This document shows positions 10,261-19,972 of a DNA stretch of 27,540 bases, one piece after another; within the stretch, counting starts at the first letter, position 1; each line of letters starts with the position of its first letter. The position numbers and the translations under genes were made by a program. Source of the stretch: a virus (taxonomy: Duplodnaviria; Heunggongvirae; Uroviricota; Caudoviricetes); IMG/VR virus record IMGVR_UViG_2585427737_000003. One strand, 5' to 3'. The notes under the pieces were generated by a model, which was not told the DNA's origin, did not search any database, and was given only the letters and a program-made list of their open reading frames with translations.

Positions 10261-10932
10261 TCAGCGACCAATCACCACAACCTGACCACCGTCCCCTTCG
10301 TCTGCCGTGCTGATCTCCTGAGAAACCACGCGTGACCCCACGCGCATTTCACCGTACAGAACCGGCAGAACATTGCCCTGGGCAACCATGTTATCCAGTG
10401 AGGAGAAATAGGTGTTCTGTTTGCCGTTATCCGTTGTCTGTGTACGGGGAGTTCTGGCTTTCGGTGCCAGCATCTGCGCCACACCACCGAGCACCATACT
10501 GGCACCGAGAGAAAACAGGATGCCGGTCATACCACCGGCCCCAATGGCTGCCCCCCATGCTGCAAGGGTGGCTCCGGCGGTAAAGAATGATCCGGCAATG
10601 GCGGCAGCCCCCAGGACAATCTGGAATACGCCACCTGACTTGGCCCCGGCGACTCTGGGAACAATATGAATCACAGCGCCATCAGGCAGAGTCTCATGTA
10701 ACTGCGCCGTTAACCCGGACGTGCTGACGTCCCGCCCGGCAATCCGTACCTGATACCAGCCGTCGCTCAGTTTCTGACGAAACACCGGGAGCTGTGTGGC
10801 CAGTGCGCGGATGGCTTCAGCCCCCGTTTTCACACGAAGGTCGATGCGGCGGCCAAATCGTTGCAAATCCCCGTAAAGGCAGATGCGCGCCATGCCCGGT
10901 GACGCCAGAGGGAGTGTGTGCGTCGCTGCCAT
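10261..10932 (-). CDS. I: Tail tip assembly protein I
   Basis: 223 aa MAATHTLPLASPGMARICLYGDLQRFGRR..., near-identical to lambda I. Confidence 0.9.
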   Translation of the reverse strand: MAATHTLPLASPGMARICLYGDLQRFGRRIDLRVKTGAEAIRALATQLPVFRQKLSDGWYQVRIAGRDVSTSGLTAQLHETLPDGAVIHIVPRVAGAKSGGVFQIVLGAAAIAGSFFTAGATLAAWGAAIGAGGMTGILFSLGASMVLGGVAQMLAPKARTPRTQTTDNGKQNTYFSSLDNMVAQGNVLPVLYGEMRVGSRVVSQEISTADEGDGGQVVVIGR

Positions 10933-11573
10933 TTGTCGGTATACCTCTCTCGTTTGCTCAGTTGTTCAGGAATATGGTGCAGCAGCTCGCCATCACCACA
11001 GTAAATGGCGGCATGATTCGGCACCGATGAACCAAAACAGCACAGCAGCACATCGCCCGGCTGCGCCGCTGACAACGGCACCTGATACAGCCCTGTGGCC
11101 TCCAGATTATCCAGATAGAGATTCTGACCGTGACGCCACCAGTTATCCCCGCGATGAAAATCCGGCATCTCAATTCCCGCCAGATGGTAAGCGTCCCGGA
11201 ACAGCGTGTAACAGTCCGTCACCCCGTGCTCAAAGCGCCGCCCGGTGAGATGCGGCACACAGCGGAATTTATGAATCGCCCCCCGGCAGACCAGCCACCA
11301 CGGCAAATCACTCTGTACCTGCAGCCGCCGGTCGGCCTCACTCAGCCAGGGCAGACCACCGGGGTGGCTGTGGACCAGCGCCACAATCTCTCCCTGCATT
11401 TCTGCACTCAGCCAGTCCTCCGGCGACATCCGGAAATACGCCTCCGGCTCACCGGAGATATTCACGCAGGGAAAATATCTTTCCTCCTCCGGCGTTCTCA
11501 CCACGAAGCCGCACGACTCCGCTGGCGCACATCGCCGGGCGTGCGCCAGAATCGCTGATTCTGTCTCTGTCAT
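10830..11573 (-). CDS. K: Tail tip assembly protein K (JAB/MPN-like HSHP motif plus NlpC/P60-like region)
   Basis: 247 aa MTETESAILAHARRCAPAESCGF... with HSHPGG motif; matches lambda K; overlaps the start of I as in lambda. Confidence 0.85.
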   Translation of the reverse strand: MTETESAILAHARRCAPAESCGFVVRTPEEERYFPCVNISGEPEAYFRMSPEDWLSAEMQGEIVALVHSHPGGLPWLSEADRRLQVQSDLPWWLVCRGAIHKFRCVPHLTGRRFEHGVTDCYTLFRDAYHLAGIEMPDFHRGDNWWRHGQNLYLDNLEATGLYQVPLSAAQPGDVLLCCFGSSVPNHAAIYCGDGELLHHIPEQLSKRERYTDKWQRRTHSLWRHRAWRASAFTGICNDLAAASTFV

Positions 11574-11578
11574 GGGAT

Positions 11579-12277
11579 TTACTGCGAAAGTTTGTTAATG
11601 GAAAGGAAGCTGCCAAAGTTGCCGACATTATTGCGAAACTTACAGCCACTCAGGCATTTGCTGCATTTATCCTTCGTGATATCGGACGTCGGCTGGTCAT
11701 ATTCATCCGCGACCGCCGGACCGCTATAACCGCACTCATCGCCGCGATAGGTCCAGGTGCAGGTGTTGGCCAGCATGATACGTCCCGGAAAAACAGCGCC
11801 ATCCGTTTCAGTCGGCGTGGACAGTACAAAAGAGGCACTGACCGCGCTCAGTTCGCTGCACTGCTCGATGCGCCAGCGGCTGATCACCTCCTGCTCCGGA
11901 TCGGCTTCGCTGTTTCCGTTGACGAAGTTCACCGCATCCAGAAAGCGGGCGTAAACCTTACGCCGGACCACCGTTCCGCCGACCAGACTCTGCAGATCTT
12001 CCGCCATCCCGGTGATCATGCCGTACAGGTTAGAAACCGTCAGCGTGGGGCGCGTACTGGTGCCTTTGCCATTCAGTTCAAAACCGCTCCCCTGAATGGG
12101 ATACGGCTGATACTGTCGCCCCTGCCAGGTGACCGGCTCACCTTTTTCGTTCTGCTCATTACAGAAAAAATAACGTTCTCCACCGACCTCTGTCAGGTCG
12201 ATTTCCCAGAGCACCACGCTGGCCGACTGCTCCGCACGGGTGCATTCATTCAGTGTTTCCTGCCGGATATCCTGCAT
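11579..12277 (-). CDS. L: Tail tip protein L
   Basis: 232 aa MQDIRQETLNECTRAEQSASVVLWEIDLTEVGGERYFF..., near-identical to lambda L. Confidence 0.9.
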   Translation of the reverse strand: MQDIRQETLNECTRAEQSASVVLWEIDLTEVGGERYFFCNEQNEKGEPVTWQGRQYQPYPIQGSGFELNGKGTSTRPTLTVSNLYGMITGMAEDLQSLVGGTVVRRKVYARFLDAVNFVNGNSEADPEQEVISRWRIEQCSELSAVSASFVLSTPTETDGAVFPGRIMLANTCTWTYRGDECGYSGPAVADEYDQPTSDITKDKCSKCLSGCKFRNNVGNFGSFLSINKLSQ

Positions 12278-12606
12278 CAGTTCACCACCTGTTCAAACTC
12301 TGCGCTGAACTCAACACGCAGCATACTGACCCGCGACGACCATTTTGCGCAGGTCACCTTTATCTGCCGCCACTCATAAGGCGGCGTCCACAGAAAGGAT
12401 TTCCAGCCCCCGTGCTCTTCCAGAAACGACTCCAGTACCGTGGCCTCCTCACGGGGGACAGAAAGCGTCACGCTGTACGTTTTCAGGTTGGCATTCAGCC
12501 CGGCAGGCGCTCGCTGGGAATAGCCATCACCAAAGCGCACCTTTCTTACAGAAGGGACCGAAGCCACATCCATACCGGGTTTCACTTTCCAGCGGAAGGT
12601 CTTCAT
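12277..12606 (-). CDS. M: Tail tip protein M
   Basis: 109 aa MKTFRWKVKPGMDVASVPSVRKVRFGDGYSQRAPAGLNANLKTYS..., matches lambda M. Confidence 0.9.
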   Translation of the reverse strand: MKTFRWKVKPGMDVASVPSVRKVRFGDGYSQRAPAGLNANLKTYSVTLSVPREEATVLESFLEEHGGWKSFLWTPPYEWRQIKVTCAKWSSRVSMLRVEFSAEFEQVVN

Positions 12607-15182
12607 CGTCCACCTCCGGAGAACAGGCCACCATCACGCATCTGTGTCTGAATTTCATCACGGGCACCCTTGCGGGCCATGTCATACACCGCCTTCAGAG
12701 CAGCCGGACCTATCTGCCCGTTCGTGCCGTCGTTGTTAATCACCACATGGTTATTCTGCTCAAACGTCCCGGACGCCTGCGACCGGCTGTCTGCCATGCT
12801 GCCCGGTGTACCGACATAACCGCCGGTGGCATAGCCGCGCATCAGGCGGTACAGGTTGCCGACACCAATCCGGCTGGTTGCCTCCTTCGTGAAGACAAAT
12901 TCACCACGGTGAACAATCCCCGCTGGCTCATATTTGCCGCCGGTTCCCGTAAATCCCCCGGTCGCAAAATGGAATTTCGCCGCAGCGGCCTGAATGGCTG
13001 TACCGCCTGACGCGGATGCTCCACCACTGGCAGCACCGCCAATGGCGCTGCCGATACTCCCGACAATCCCCACCATTGCCTGCTTAAGCAGAATTTCTGT
13101 CATCATGGACAGCACGGAACGGGTGAAGCTGCGCCAGTTCTGCTCACTGCCGGTCAGCATCGCCGCCATATTCTGCGCAATACCATCAAAGGTCTGCGCG
13201 GCTGCACTTTTAACCTGCGACATACTGTCCGTGGCGCTCTCTTCCCACTCACTCCAGCCGGACTTCAGGCCTGCCATCCAGCTCCCGCGAAGCTGGTCTT
13301 CAGCCGCCCAGGTCTTTTTCTGCTCTGACATGACGTTATTCAGCGCCAGAGGATTATCGCCATACTGTTCCTTCAGGCGCTGTTCTGTGGCTTCCCGCGC
13401 TGCCTGCCGGTCAGTCAGCCCCCGGCTTTTCGCATCAATGGCGGCCCGTTTTGCCCGTTGCTGCTGTGCGAATTTATCCGCCTGCTGCGCCAGCGCGTTC
13501 AGGCGCTCCTGATACGTAACCTTGTCGCCAAGTGCAGCCAGCTGGCGTTTGTACTCCAGCGTCTCATCTTTATGCGCCAGCAGGGATTTCTCCTGTGCGG
13601 ATAGCTGGCGACGTTGTGCCGCCTCCTCCAGTACCGCGAACTGATTTTCAGCCTTCCACAAATCCCGGCGCTGCTGGCTGATTTTCTCATTTGCTCCGGC
13701 ATGCTTCTCCAGCGTCCGGAGTTCTGCCTGAAGCGTCAGCAGGGCAGCATGAGCACTGTCTTCCTGACGATCGCCCGCAGACACTTTCACGCCGGACTGT
13801 TTCGGCTTTTTCAGCGTCGCTTCATAATCCTTTTTCGCCGCCGCCATCAGCGTGTTGTAATCCGCCTGCAGGATTTTCCCGTCTTTCAGTGCCTTGTTCA
13901 GTTCTTCCTGACGGGCGGTATATTTCTCCAGCGGCGTCTGCAGCCGTTCGTAAGCCTTCTGCGCCTCTTCGGTATATTTCAGCCGTGATGCCTCAGACTC
14001 GGCCCAGTCCTTTGCTGCCATCTCTCTGGCCTTTTCAAGATCGGCCTGCAACGTGGCGGCTGAAAGTCCAAGTTGCGCATTCGCTCTGTCCTCCCATGCT
14101 CCCCGGAGATTGGCACGAAATGCTGAGGTTTTACCGCGCCGGTGGCTCCGGCTCTGATACCACTGCCATTTTTTGTCCGCCTCATCAAAAGCCTTTTCTG
14201 CTTTCTCCAGCATTCCCTGGGCAGTGTCCGGGCGACCAATATCCAGCACCGAATCCCACATGGATTTGAATGCCCGTGCTGTCCTGTCTGCCCAGGTCTC
14301 CAGCGTGCCCATGTTCTCTTTCAGGCGGCGGGTCTGGTCATCAAACCCTTTCGTTGCGGCCTCGTTCGCCGCCTGCAATGCCCCGGCTTCATCTCCGGAA
14401 CGCTGCAACTGAGCAACATACGCAATCTGCTCCGCCGTCACGTTATGGAACTGACGTGCCATCGCTGTCAGTCCCGACGTCGGGTCTGTGGTCAGCTTCC
14501 CGAAGGCTTCAGCGACCTTGTCCACCTCCACGCCGGATGCAGAGGAGAAACGCGCCACACTCTGGCTGATCGCCTCAAACTGCTCACCACCACGCACACC
14601 GGCATTCACCAGCGCCGTCAGTGACTCGCTGGTCTGGTTAAACGTCAGCCCTGCCGCCTGCCCGGCTCTGGACAGGACCAGCATACGATCTGCCGTCAGT
14701 CCCGCCTGATTGCCGGAAAGGACCAGCGTTTTGTTGAAATCGGACAGGGTTGAGTTGCCCTGATACCAGGCATACGCCAGCGCACCGGTCGCCACCGCCA
14801 GCGAGGTGGCCCCCACCATCGGCAGGGTGATCGCACCGGCAAGCCCCCTGAACATGGGGATCATCCCGCCGAAGGAGTCCTTAACCTGACCCCCCTGTTG
14901 CAGCAGGATCAGCCACGGACTTTGCCCGCCTGCAAGCTGCGTGGCCACGTCGGTGAACTGTGCAGGCAGCATACGCATGGCGGCTTTATACTGTCCGACG
15001 GAAATCCCCGCTTTCTGTGCAGCCAGCGCCTGCCGGTTCATTGACTGTTCAACGACTGCCGCTGTTTTTTTCGCATCACTTTCCGTATCGGAAAAATGAC
15101 GCCTGACTCTGGCCATCTGCTCGTCAAATCTGGCCGCATCCAGACTCAAATCAACGACCAGATCGCCTACCGGTTCAGCCAT
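12603..15182 (-). CDS. H: Tail tape measure protein H
   Basis: 859 aa MAEPVGDLVVDLSLDAARFDEQMARVRRHFSDTESDAKK..., matches lambda H (which I recall as 853 aa). Confidence 0.95.
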   Translation of the reverse strand: MAEPVGDLVVDLSLDAARFDEQMARVRRHFSDTESDAKKTAAVVEQSMNRQALAAQKAGISVGQYKAAMRMLPAQFTDVATQLAGGQSPWLILLQQGGQVKDSFGGMIPMFRGLAGAITLPMVGATSLAVATGALAYAWYQGNSTLSDFNKTLVLSGNQAGLTADRMLVLSRAGQAAGLTFNQTSESLTALVNAGVRGGEQFEAISQSVARFSSASGVEVDKVAEAFGKLTTDPTSGLTAMARQFHNVTAEQIAYVAQLQRSGDEAGALQAANEAATKGFDDQTRRLKENMGTLETWADRTARAFKSMWDSVLDIGRPDTAQGMLEKAEKAFDEADKKWQWYQSRSHRRGKTSAFRANLRGAWEDRANAQLGLSAATLQADLEKAREMAAKDWAESEASRLKYTEEAQKAYERLQTPLEKYTARQEELNKALKDGKILQADYNTLMAAAKKDYEATLKKPKQSGVKVSAGDRQEDSAHAALLTLQAELRTLEKHAGANEKISQQRRDLWKAENQFAVLEEAAQRRQLSAQEKSLLAHKDETLEYKRQLAALGDKVTYQERLNALAQQADKFAQQQRAKRAAIDAKSRGLTDRQAAREATEQRLKEQYGDNPLALNNVMSEQKKTWAAEDQLRGSWMAGLKSGWSEWEESATDSMSQVKSAAAQTFDGIAQNMAAMLTGSEQNWRSFTRSVLSMMTEILLKQAMVGIVGSIGSAIGGAASGGASASGGTAIQAAAAKFHFATGGFTGTGGKYEPAGIVHRGEFVFTKEATSRIGVGNLYRLMRGYATGGYVGTPGSMADSRSQASGTFEQNNHVVINNDGTNGQIGPAALKAVYDMARKGARDEIQTQMRDGGLFSGGGR

Positions 15183-15615
15183 ACCGGACTCCTCCTGCGA
15201 TCCCTTCTGATACTGTCATCAGCATTACGTCATCCTCCGTCATGTCCGCCACATCCGGGGAAGCGGGGATAACTTCATTCCCGTCCGGGCCAAAGCGGAC
15301 GCCTCCGGCAAGCCCTGCCGCTTTCTGCATCAGCACATCATCTTCAGGCTCTTCGTCAGCCTCACGCCGGTTCAGCAAACTGAAATCCAGCGGATGCATA
15401 TCCGGATCGCTGAAAAACAGGCTGAGTACGGTGTACGTCAGCCCGGAAAAGTGCATATCCAGCAGAACATCATGAAAATAATGGGTACTGTAAAAGCGGT
15501 GCCAGTCGGCATACTCCGTGGATGACATCCCGGCAAGCATGGCGCGCCAGTCGGGTCGCCCCATCTCACGCGCCAGTTTCAGGGCAAAACTCAGCTCACC
15601 GTCGAACACTTTCCC
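15175..15615 (-). CDS. T: T segment of the G-T tail assembly chaperone (made only by -1 frameshift from G)
   Basis: T reading frame (V)FDGELSFALKLAREMGRPDWRAMLAGMSSTEYADWHRFY... matches lambda T; begins at the slippery heptamer. Confidence 0.8.
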   Translation of the reverse strand, partial: GKVFDGELSFALKLAREMGRPDWRAMLAGMSSTEYADWHRFYSTHYFHDVLLDMHFSGLTYTVLSLFFSDPDMHPLDFSLLNRREADEEPEDDVLMQKAAGLAGGVRFGPDGNEVIPASPDVADMTEDDVMLMTVSEGIAGGVRYG

Positions 15616-16011
15616 GCAGAAACAGGCTCTGCTGGCCCGGCGTCATCTGCCTGTTCAGGTGCATCATTCACAACAAACTCAGACATACCGGACAGACGCA
15701 TTACCACATTTTCAGCCTGAGCAATTGCCTCTGTGGGCCAGGTGGTAAGCACTTCCTGCTCAATTTGTTTAACGGCTTCATTCATGGACGGCATCTGCGT
15801 CTTCTGCGGATGGCTATGCCACAGGGACATCGCCACCAGAAACGCGCCGGTTCTGACGAGTCTTCCACACTAAACTGCCGATTGAGACTGACCCCGCCTG
15901 TTCTGCCTGTCGTTTCAGCAGGGCGAGATGCTCAATTCGCTGCAGGGCTGACAGTTCAGAAAGCGTGACGCTCACACCGTTATATTCAAATGATTCGGTT
16001 TTCAGGAACAT
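15591..16011 (-). pseudogene. G: Tail assembly chaperone G, interrupted (split into 65 aa and 81 aa ORFs by indels)
   Basis: N-terminal ORF MFLKTESFEYNGVSVTLSELSALQRIEHLALLKRQAEQA then leaves frame and stops at 15814; C-terminal ORF MAMSLWHSHPQKTQ...AGKCSTVS resumes in another frame; lambda G is a single 140 aa protein. Confidence 0.7.
15609..15615 (-). promoter_or_regulatory. G-T programmed -1 ribosomal frameshift slippery site (GGGAAAG on the coding strand)
   Basis: Heptamer gggaaag sits at the end of the G frame (..SAGKCSTVS stop) with the T frame continuing in -1. Confidence 0.75.
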
Positions 16012-16026
16012 CGCTGACTCTCCGGA

Positions 16027-16767
16027 TTAACTGTCGGTGACGGTGATTTCTGCAACCACAGCAAACTCACCATTACCGGATACAACCGGAATGTTGACCT
16101 TGCCTGCAGCAACACCTTTCACGGTGATGGTCATACCACTGACCGACACGGTGACTTTTGTTTTATCCGCAGACACCGCACGGAAGCTCTTGTCAGTTGC
16201 ACCCTCCGGCTGGAATGCCACGGTCAGCGTGGTGCTCTGCCCTTTCACCACCGAGGAGCTGGCAGGCGTCACAGTCATACCGGTTGCCGCCGTCACCGTA
16301 CTGCGATCTTCTGCCATTGACGGACGGCCCACATTGGTGACCTTCACCGTACGGGTGATCACTTCCTTCGCCGTCACCGCCTTACCGATACTGCTGACCC
16401 AGCCACGGAACACATCGACCGTGCCGTTCGGGAAGCGGATTTTATAGGCACGGGTATCGCCTTCATTAAACCACGCCAGCAGCGCCTGCTGCCCCTGCTC
16501 TCCGGGCATCCACGCCAGCGTGAAGCTGGTATCTCCGGCAGATTTCTGCCCCTGCCCGGTCGCAGTCCAGTCTGCATCTTCATCATCGAGATAGCTGTCG
16601 TCATAGGACTCAGCGGTCAGTTCGCCGGGCGTCAGGTCTTTAACTTTTGCCAGACGCGACCAGTCAACGTCTGAAAGCGGATTCGCATAAGGGTCACCGC
16701 TTCCCTTATAAACCCACAGGGTGGTCCCGGCACCTTTCACCGGCATTACAGGATTTGGTACAGGCAT
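16027..16767 (-). CDS. V: Major tail protein V
   Basis: [31 protein letters not shown]..., 246 aa from the ATG at 16767 (ORF track extends 10 codons upstream, into U); gagga RBS. Confidence 0.9.
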   Translation of the reverse strand: MPVPNPVMPVKGAGTTLWVYKGSGDPYANPLSDVDWSRLAKVKDLTPGELTAESYDDSYLDDEDADWTATGQGQKSAGDTSFTLAWMPGEQGQQALLAWFNEGDTRAYKIRFPNGTVDVFRGWVSSIGKAVTAKEVITRTVKVTNVGRPSMAEDRSTVTAATGMTVTPASSSVVKGQSTTLTVAFQPEGATDKSFRAVSADKTKVTVSVSGMTITVKGVAAGKVNIPVVSGNGEFAVVAEITVTDS

Positions 16768-16774
16768 AGCGTCC

Positions 16775-17170
16775 TCACATTTCATAGGTAATGACATAAG
16801 TCAGATCGGCTGAACTCCACAGGCCCGCATCATCGTCGCGCCGGTAGTCATAGCCGCTGGCCACCATACTGGTGATCAAATCTGACAGTGCCGGGACATC
16901 GCTCATCACCGGATAAATCCGGGACTCCATCCACGAATCCAGCTCTGAATCCGGCACCTGAGCAGGCAGGAAAACTTCAATATGCAGCTCCGCCTGCCAG
17001 GTATCACTGTCCAGCTCTTCGCCCGTGTATTCAGCGCCGGTGAGATAAACGGCAATTGCCGGAAAATCCGCCTCATCAAAAACAGCGGGGCGACCATCAA
17101 AAAACGTCGCCCCGGTGTCATGCTTCTCCAGTGCATCCAGTACGGCTGCACGGAGTTCAGTATGTTTCAT
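16775..17170 (-). CDS. U: Tail terminator protein U
   Basis: [37 protein letters not shown]..., 131 aa from the ATG at 17170 (ATGA overlap with the Z stop). Confidence 0.9.
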   Translation of the reverse strand: MKHTELRAAVLDALEKHDTGATFFDGRPAVFDEADFPAIAVYLTGAEYTGEELDSDTWQAELHIEVFLPAQVPDSELDSWMESRIYPVMSDVPALSDLITSMVASGYDYRRDDDAGLWSSADLTYVITYEM

Positions 17171-17745
17171 CGCTTTATTACCATCCTCAGTTGATGCTGC
17201 AGCGCATAGCCCAGCTCTTTCGGAAGACATTCACGCCGTATCCGTTCAATATTCTGTTTAAACGCCGTGGTAAGCGGCACCGCCATCGGGATTTTCACCA
17301 CATCAATGGGGTAACGGTTTTTCCCGGCCACACGCTGCATGACATGCCACCGGCCATTTTTCAGTTGCTGAATAAACGCGCCGGGAATACGACGGTTTCC
17401 CACCACAAGCACGCTGCCGCCACCTTTCAGGGATGAACGCTGCCCCTTTTTACGACGCCTGCGGCGCGAAAGGACAACCCGCGCGTTACCCAGCTTGATT
17501 ACGGGCAAATCCCCCCGGTTAACCCTGATTCTGGCCTGCGGATTTTTGACCGTGGCCCTTTTCAGCCTGGCCCTTTCCTTTACCAGTTTCCGGCGTACCT
17601 TTGTCTCACGGGCAACCTGTGACGCAGACTGCGATATCGCGGATGACGCAACGCGGTTAATGGTCATTGCGGCGGCACCAGGCACCGCCGTTTTGCTGAT
17701 ACGGCTGAGGTTTTCAACGGCCTGCTCAAGACCTTTTATGGCCAT
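17167..17745 (-). CDS. Z: Tail completion protein Z
   Basis: 192 aa MAIKGLEQAVENLSRISKTAVPGAAAMTINRVASSAISQ..., matches lambda Z. Confidence 0.9.
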   Translation of the reverse strand: MAIKGLEQAVENLSRISKTAVPGAAAMTINRVASSAISQSASQVARETKVRRKLVKERARLKRATVKNPQARIRVNRGDLPVIKLGNARVVLSRRRRRKKGQRSSLKGGGSVLVVGNRRIPGAFIQQLKNGRWHVMQRVAGKNRYPIDVVKIPMAVPLTTAFKQNIERIRRECLPKELGYALQHQLRMVIKR

Positions 17746-17756
17746 ACATCCCCCTT

Positions 17757-18110
17757 TCAGCGGCGACGGTTAACGGCAGGCGGTACGCCCCGCCCAAGCC
17801 AGAGATGACAGCTTCCGCCATCATCCGGCGAAATCCGGTCTATCCAGAAGTTTTCCTCACCGATGGTCAGCGTGTCGCCGCGCCGCAGCTGCCGCACATC
17901 ATCAGTCCGGACAAACAGGGACGGGCTGGAGCCTTCAACGCGCACCCCCTGTCCGGCATAGCTGATATTTTCAGGGTCATCAAAAACACCACGTATCACC
18001 GCACCTGACTGCTCACCGGATGTCATGGTGGCTGACGTTCCCATGTACCCGCGTATCGTTTCATCGGCGCGGGCAATGGCAGCATCGAACAGGTTATCGA
18101 AATCAGCCAC
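17757..18110 (-). CDS. FII: Head-tail joining protein FII
   Basis: 117 aa MADFDNLFDAAIARADETIRGYMGTSATMTSGEQSGAVIRGVFDD..., matches lambda FII. Confidence 0.9.
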   Translation of the reverse strand: MADFDNLFDAAIARADETIRGYMGTSATMTSGEQSGAVIRGVFDDPENISYAGQGVRVEGSSPSLFVRTDDVRQLRRGDTLTIGEENFWIDRISPDDGGSCHLWLGRGVPPAVNRRR

Positions 18111-18121
18111 AGCGCCTCCCG

Positions 18122-18508
18122 TTATTGCATTCTGGCCAGGCCGCGCTCTGTCATTTCGGCTGCCACACCGGCAGAGACACGAAACGCCGTTCCCGGCAGC
18201 ACAAATGCCACAGGTTCATCCCGCGTGGCGTGAAGTGCATCGGTATGCAGCGTCACCAGTGCCACAACCGTGACCAGAGCAGCCGTATCAGTCACGGTAT
18301 CCGGCTGCGCTGATACCACCTCATTTTCATGTCCGGTCAGCGCATTTTCCGGGCTGAGAGGGGTATCCTGATCGGCAGTGTCATCAAGCTCCTCTTCCAG
18401 CTCTGCCACACGGAGCGCCAGTTCTTCTTTCGTCCCCGTCAGGCTGACATCACGGTTCAGTTGCTCACCCAGCTCCTGAAGACGGGCAATCAGTTCATCT
18501 TTCGTCAT
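18122..18508 (-). CDS. FI: DNA-packaging / head assembly protein FI
   Basis: MTKDELIARLQELGEQLNRDVSLTGTKEELALRVAEL..., start taken at the ATG at 18508 preceded by ggagg. Confidence 0.85.
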   Translation of the reverse strand: MTKDELIARLQELGEQLNRDVSLTGTKEELALRVAELEEELDDTADQDTPLSPENALTGHENEVVSAQPDTVTDTAALVTVVALVTLHTDALHATRDEPVAFVLPGTAFRVSAGVAAEMTERGLARMQ

Positions 18509-18530
18509 GAACTCCTCCACAGAGAGAAAA

Positions 18531-18546
18531 TGGCCCCGAAGGGCCA
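18531..18546 (-). promoter_or_regulatory. Stable hairpin with UUCG-type tetraloop plus U-rich tail in the E-FI spacer
   Basis: tggccc ttcg gggcca on the transcribed strand, followed by ttttctctct, then the ggagg RBS and FI ATG. Confidence 0.4.
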
Positions 18547-18549
18547 TGA

Positions 18550-19575
18550 TTACGCCAGTTGTACGGACACGAACGCATCAGGATCAGCCAGCAGCATCAG
18601 CGGTGCTGACTGAATCATGGTGAACTCACGCGCCGGATCGCCGGTGGTCACCCAGTTTTTCGGGTAGCGGGCAGAGGCGTTAATACCTTCGCGCTGTGCG
18701 TCCGCATCCTGAATGCAGCCATAGGTGCGCAGACCGCGTGCCTGAGTGTTCCCCAGCACCATCGTGTTGTCCGGAAGGAAGTTCTTTTTGACGTCGTTTT
18801 CCACGTACTGTCCGGAATACACGACGATCGCCGTATCGCCATACATCCCCTTATAGGACACCGCTTCGCCCAGGTCTTTTACCGCTGTCTCCAGCTCGGA
18901 ATTAGAGCCGCGACGGGTATCCAGCTTCTCCTTGACGGCTTTGAAGGAACGGAACAGCGCCCAGCCTTTCGGATCAAACACGATGATATTCACCACTCCG
19001 CTGGCGTTCAGCGCATAGGCTTCGATATCGTCGGTCGGGTCATACGTGGACTTGTCACGCTTGCTCCACTCCGTGCCGCCGGACTGCGTGATGTTGTTGG
19101 CCGCACTGCGGCCCATATCCACCTCAACCGGATCGAAAGCTTCACCGGTCATGGTGTATTTGCCCTTAAGCACAGCAGAAACTGCCTGCATCTCTTCGAC
19201 CTGAGCAATGGCCAGCTCTTCGTCTCGCATGTTCTGCATGATGATGCGACGGCGGCGGTAAGCCGGGTCCGCCAGATTCTGCGGATCTTCATCCGGCAGG
19301 CGACGCAGGGTCATCTGCGGATTCACCTCATGCTTCGGCTTGACATATCCCGGTGTAAATTCAGAGGTGGAGCCGCCACGGGAGCGGATAACCTCACCGG
19401 AAACAATCGGCGAAACGTACAGCGCCATGTTTACCAGTCCCGGAATTTGTGAGAGATAGACTTTCTCCGTGGTGAAGGGATAGCTCTCACGGAAAAAGAG
19501 ACGCAGAAACAGCGGATCAAACTTAAATTTCTTCTCATTTGCCGCCAGCAGCTGGGCGGTTGTGTACATCGACAT
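18550..19575 (-). CDS. E: Major capsid protein E
   Basis: MSMYTTAQLLAANEKKFKFDPLFLRLFFRESYPFTTEKVYLSQIPGLVNMALYVSPIVSG..., 341 aa from the ATG at 19575. Confidence 0.95.
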   Translation of the reverse strand: MSMYTTAQLLAANEKKFKFDPLFLRLFFRESYPFTTEKVYLSQIPGLVNMALYVSPIVSGEVIRSRGGSTSEFTPGYVKPKHEVNPQMTLRRLPDEDPQNLADPAYRRRRIIMQNMRDEELAIAQVEEMQAVSAVLKGKYTMTGEAFDPVEVDMGRSAANNITQSGGTEWSKRDKSTYDPTDDIEAYALNASGVVNIIVFDPKGWALFRSFKAVKEKLDTRRGSNSELETAVKDLGEAVSYKGMYGDTAIVVYSGQYVENDVKKNFLPDNTMVLGNTQARGLRTYGCIQDADAQREGINASARYPKNWVTTGDPAREFTMIQSAPLMLLADPDAFVSVQLA

Positions 19576-19589
19576 AAAAAAATCCCGTA

Positions 19590-19609
19590 AAAAAAGCCGC
19601 ACAGGCGGC
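19590..19609 (-). promoter_or_regulatory. Hairpin (gccgc ctgt gcggc) plus T6 in the D-E spacer; terminator-like element inside the late operon
   Basis: 5 bp GC stem, 4 nt loop and six T on the transcribed strand, read from sequence. Confidence 0.35.
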
Positions 19610-19630
19610 CTTTAGTGATGAAGGGTAAGG

Positions 19631-19963
19631 TTAAACGATGCTGATTGCCGTTCCGGCAAACGCGGTCCGTTTTTTCGTCTCGTCGCTGGCAGCCTCCGGC
19701 CAGAGCACATCCTCATAACGGAACGTGCCGGACTTGTAGAACGTCAGCGTGGTGCTGGTCTGGTCAGCAGCAACAGCAAGAATGCCAACGGCAGCACCGT
19801 CGGTGGTGCCATCCCACGCAACCAGCTTACGGGTGGAGGTGTCCAGCATCAGCGGGGTCATTGCAGGCGCTTTCGCACTCAATCCGCCTGGCGCGGTTGC
19901 GGTATGAGCCGGGTCACTGTTGCCCAGCGGCTGGTAATGGGTAAAGGTTTCTTTGCTCGTCAT
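19631..19963 (-). CDS. D: Capsid decoration protein D
   Basis: [43 protein letters not shown]..., 110 aa, matches lambda D. Confidence 0.9.
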   Translation of the reverse strand: MTSKETFTHYQPLGNSDPAHTATAPGGLSAKAPAMTPLMLDTSTRKLVAWDGTTDGAAVGILAVAADQTSTTLTFYKSGTFRYEDVLWPEAASDETKKRTAFAGTAISIV

Positions 19964-19972
19964 AAACATCCC

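Noticed and set aside
16768-16797. N-terminal extensions proposed by the ORF track for V (and likewise U, FI, E, D, C and stf)
   Set aside because: The extensions overlap the upstream gene or a hairpin; the internal start codons give lambda-length proteins with plausible RBS or ATGA overlaps, so the shorter models were used
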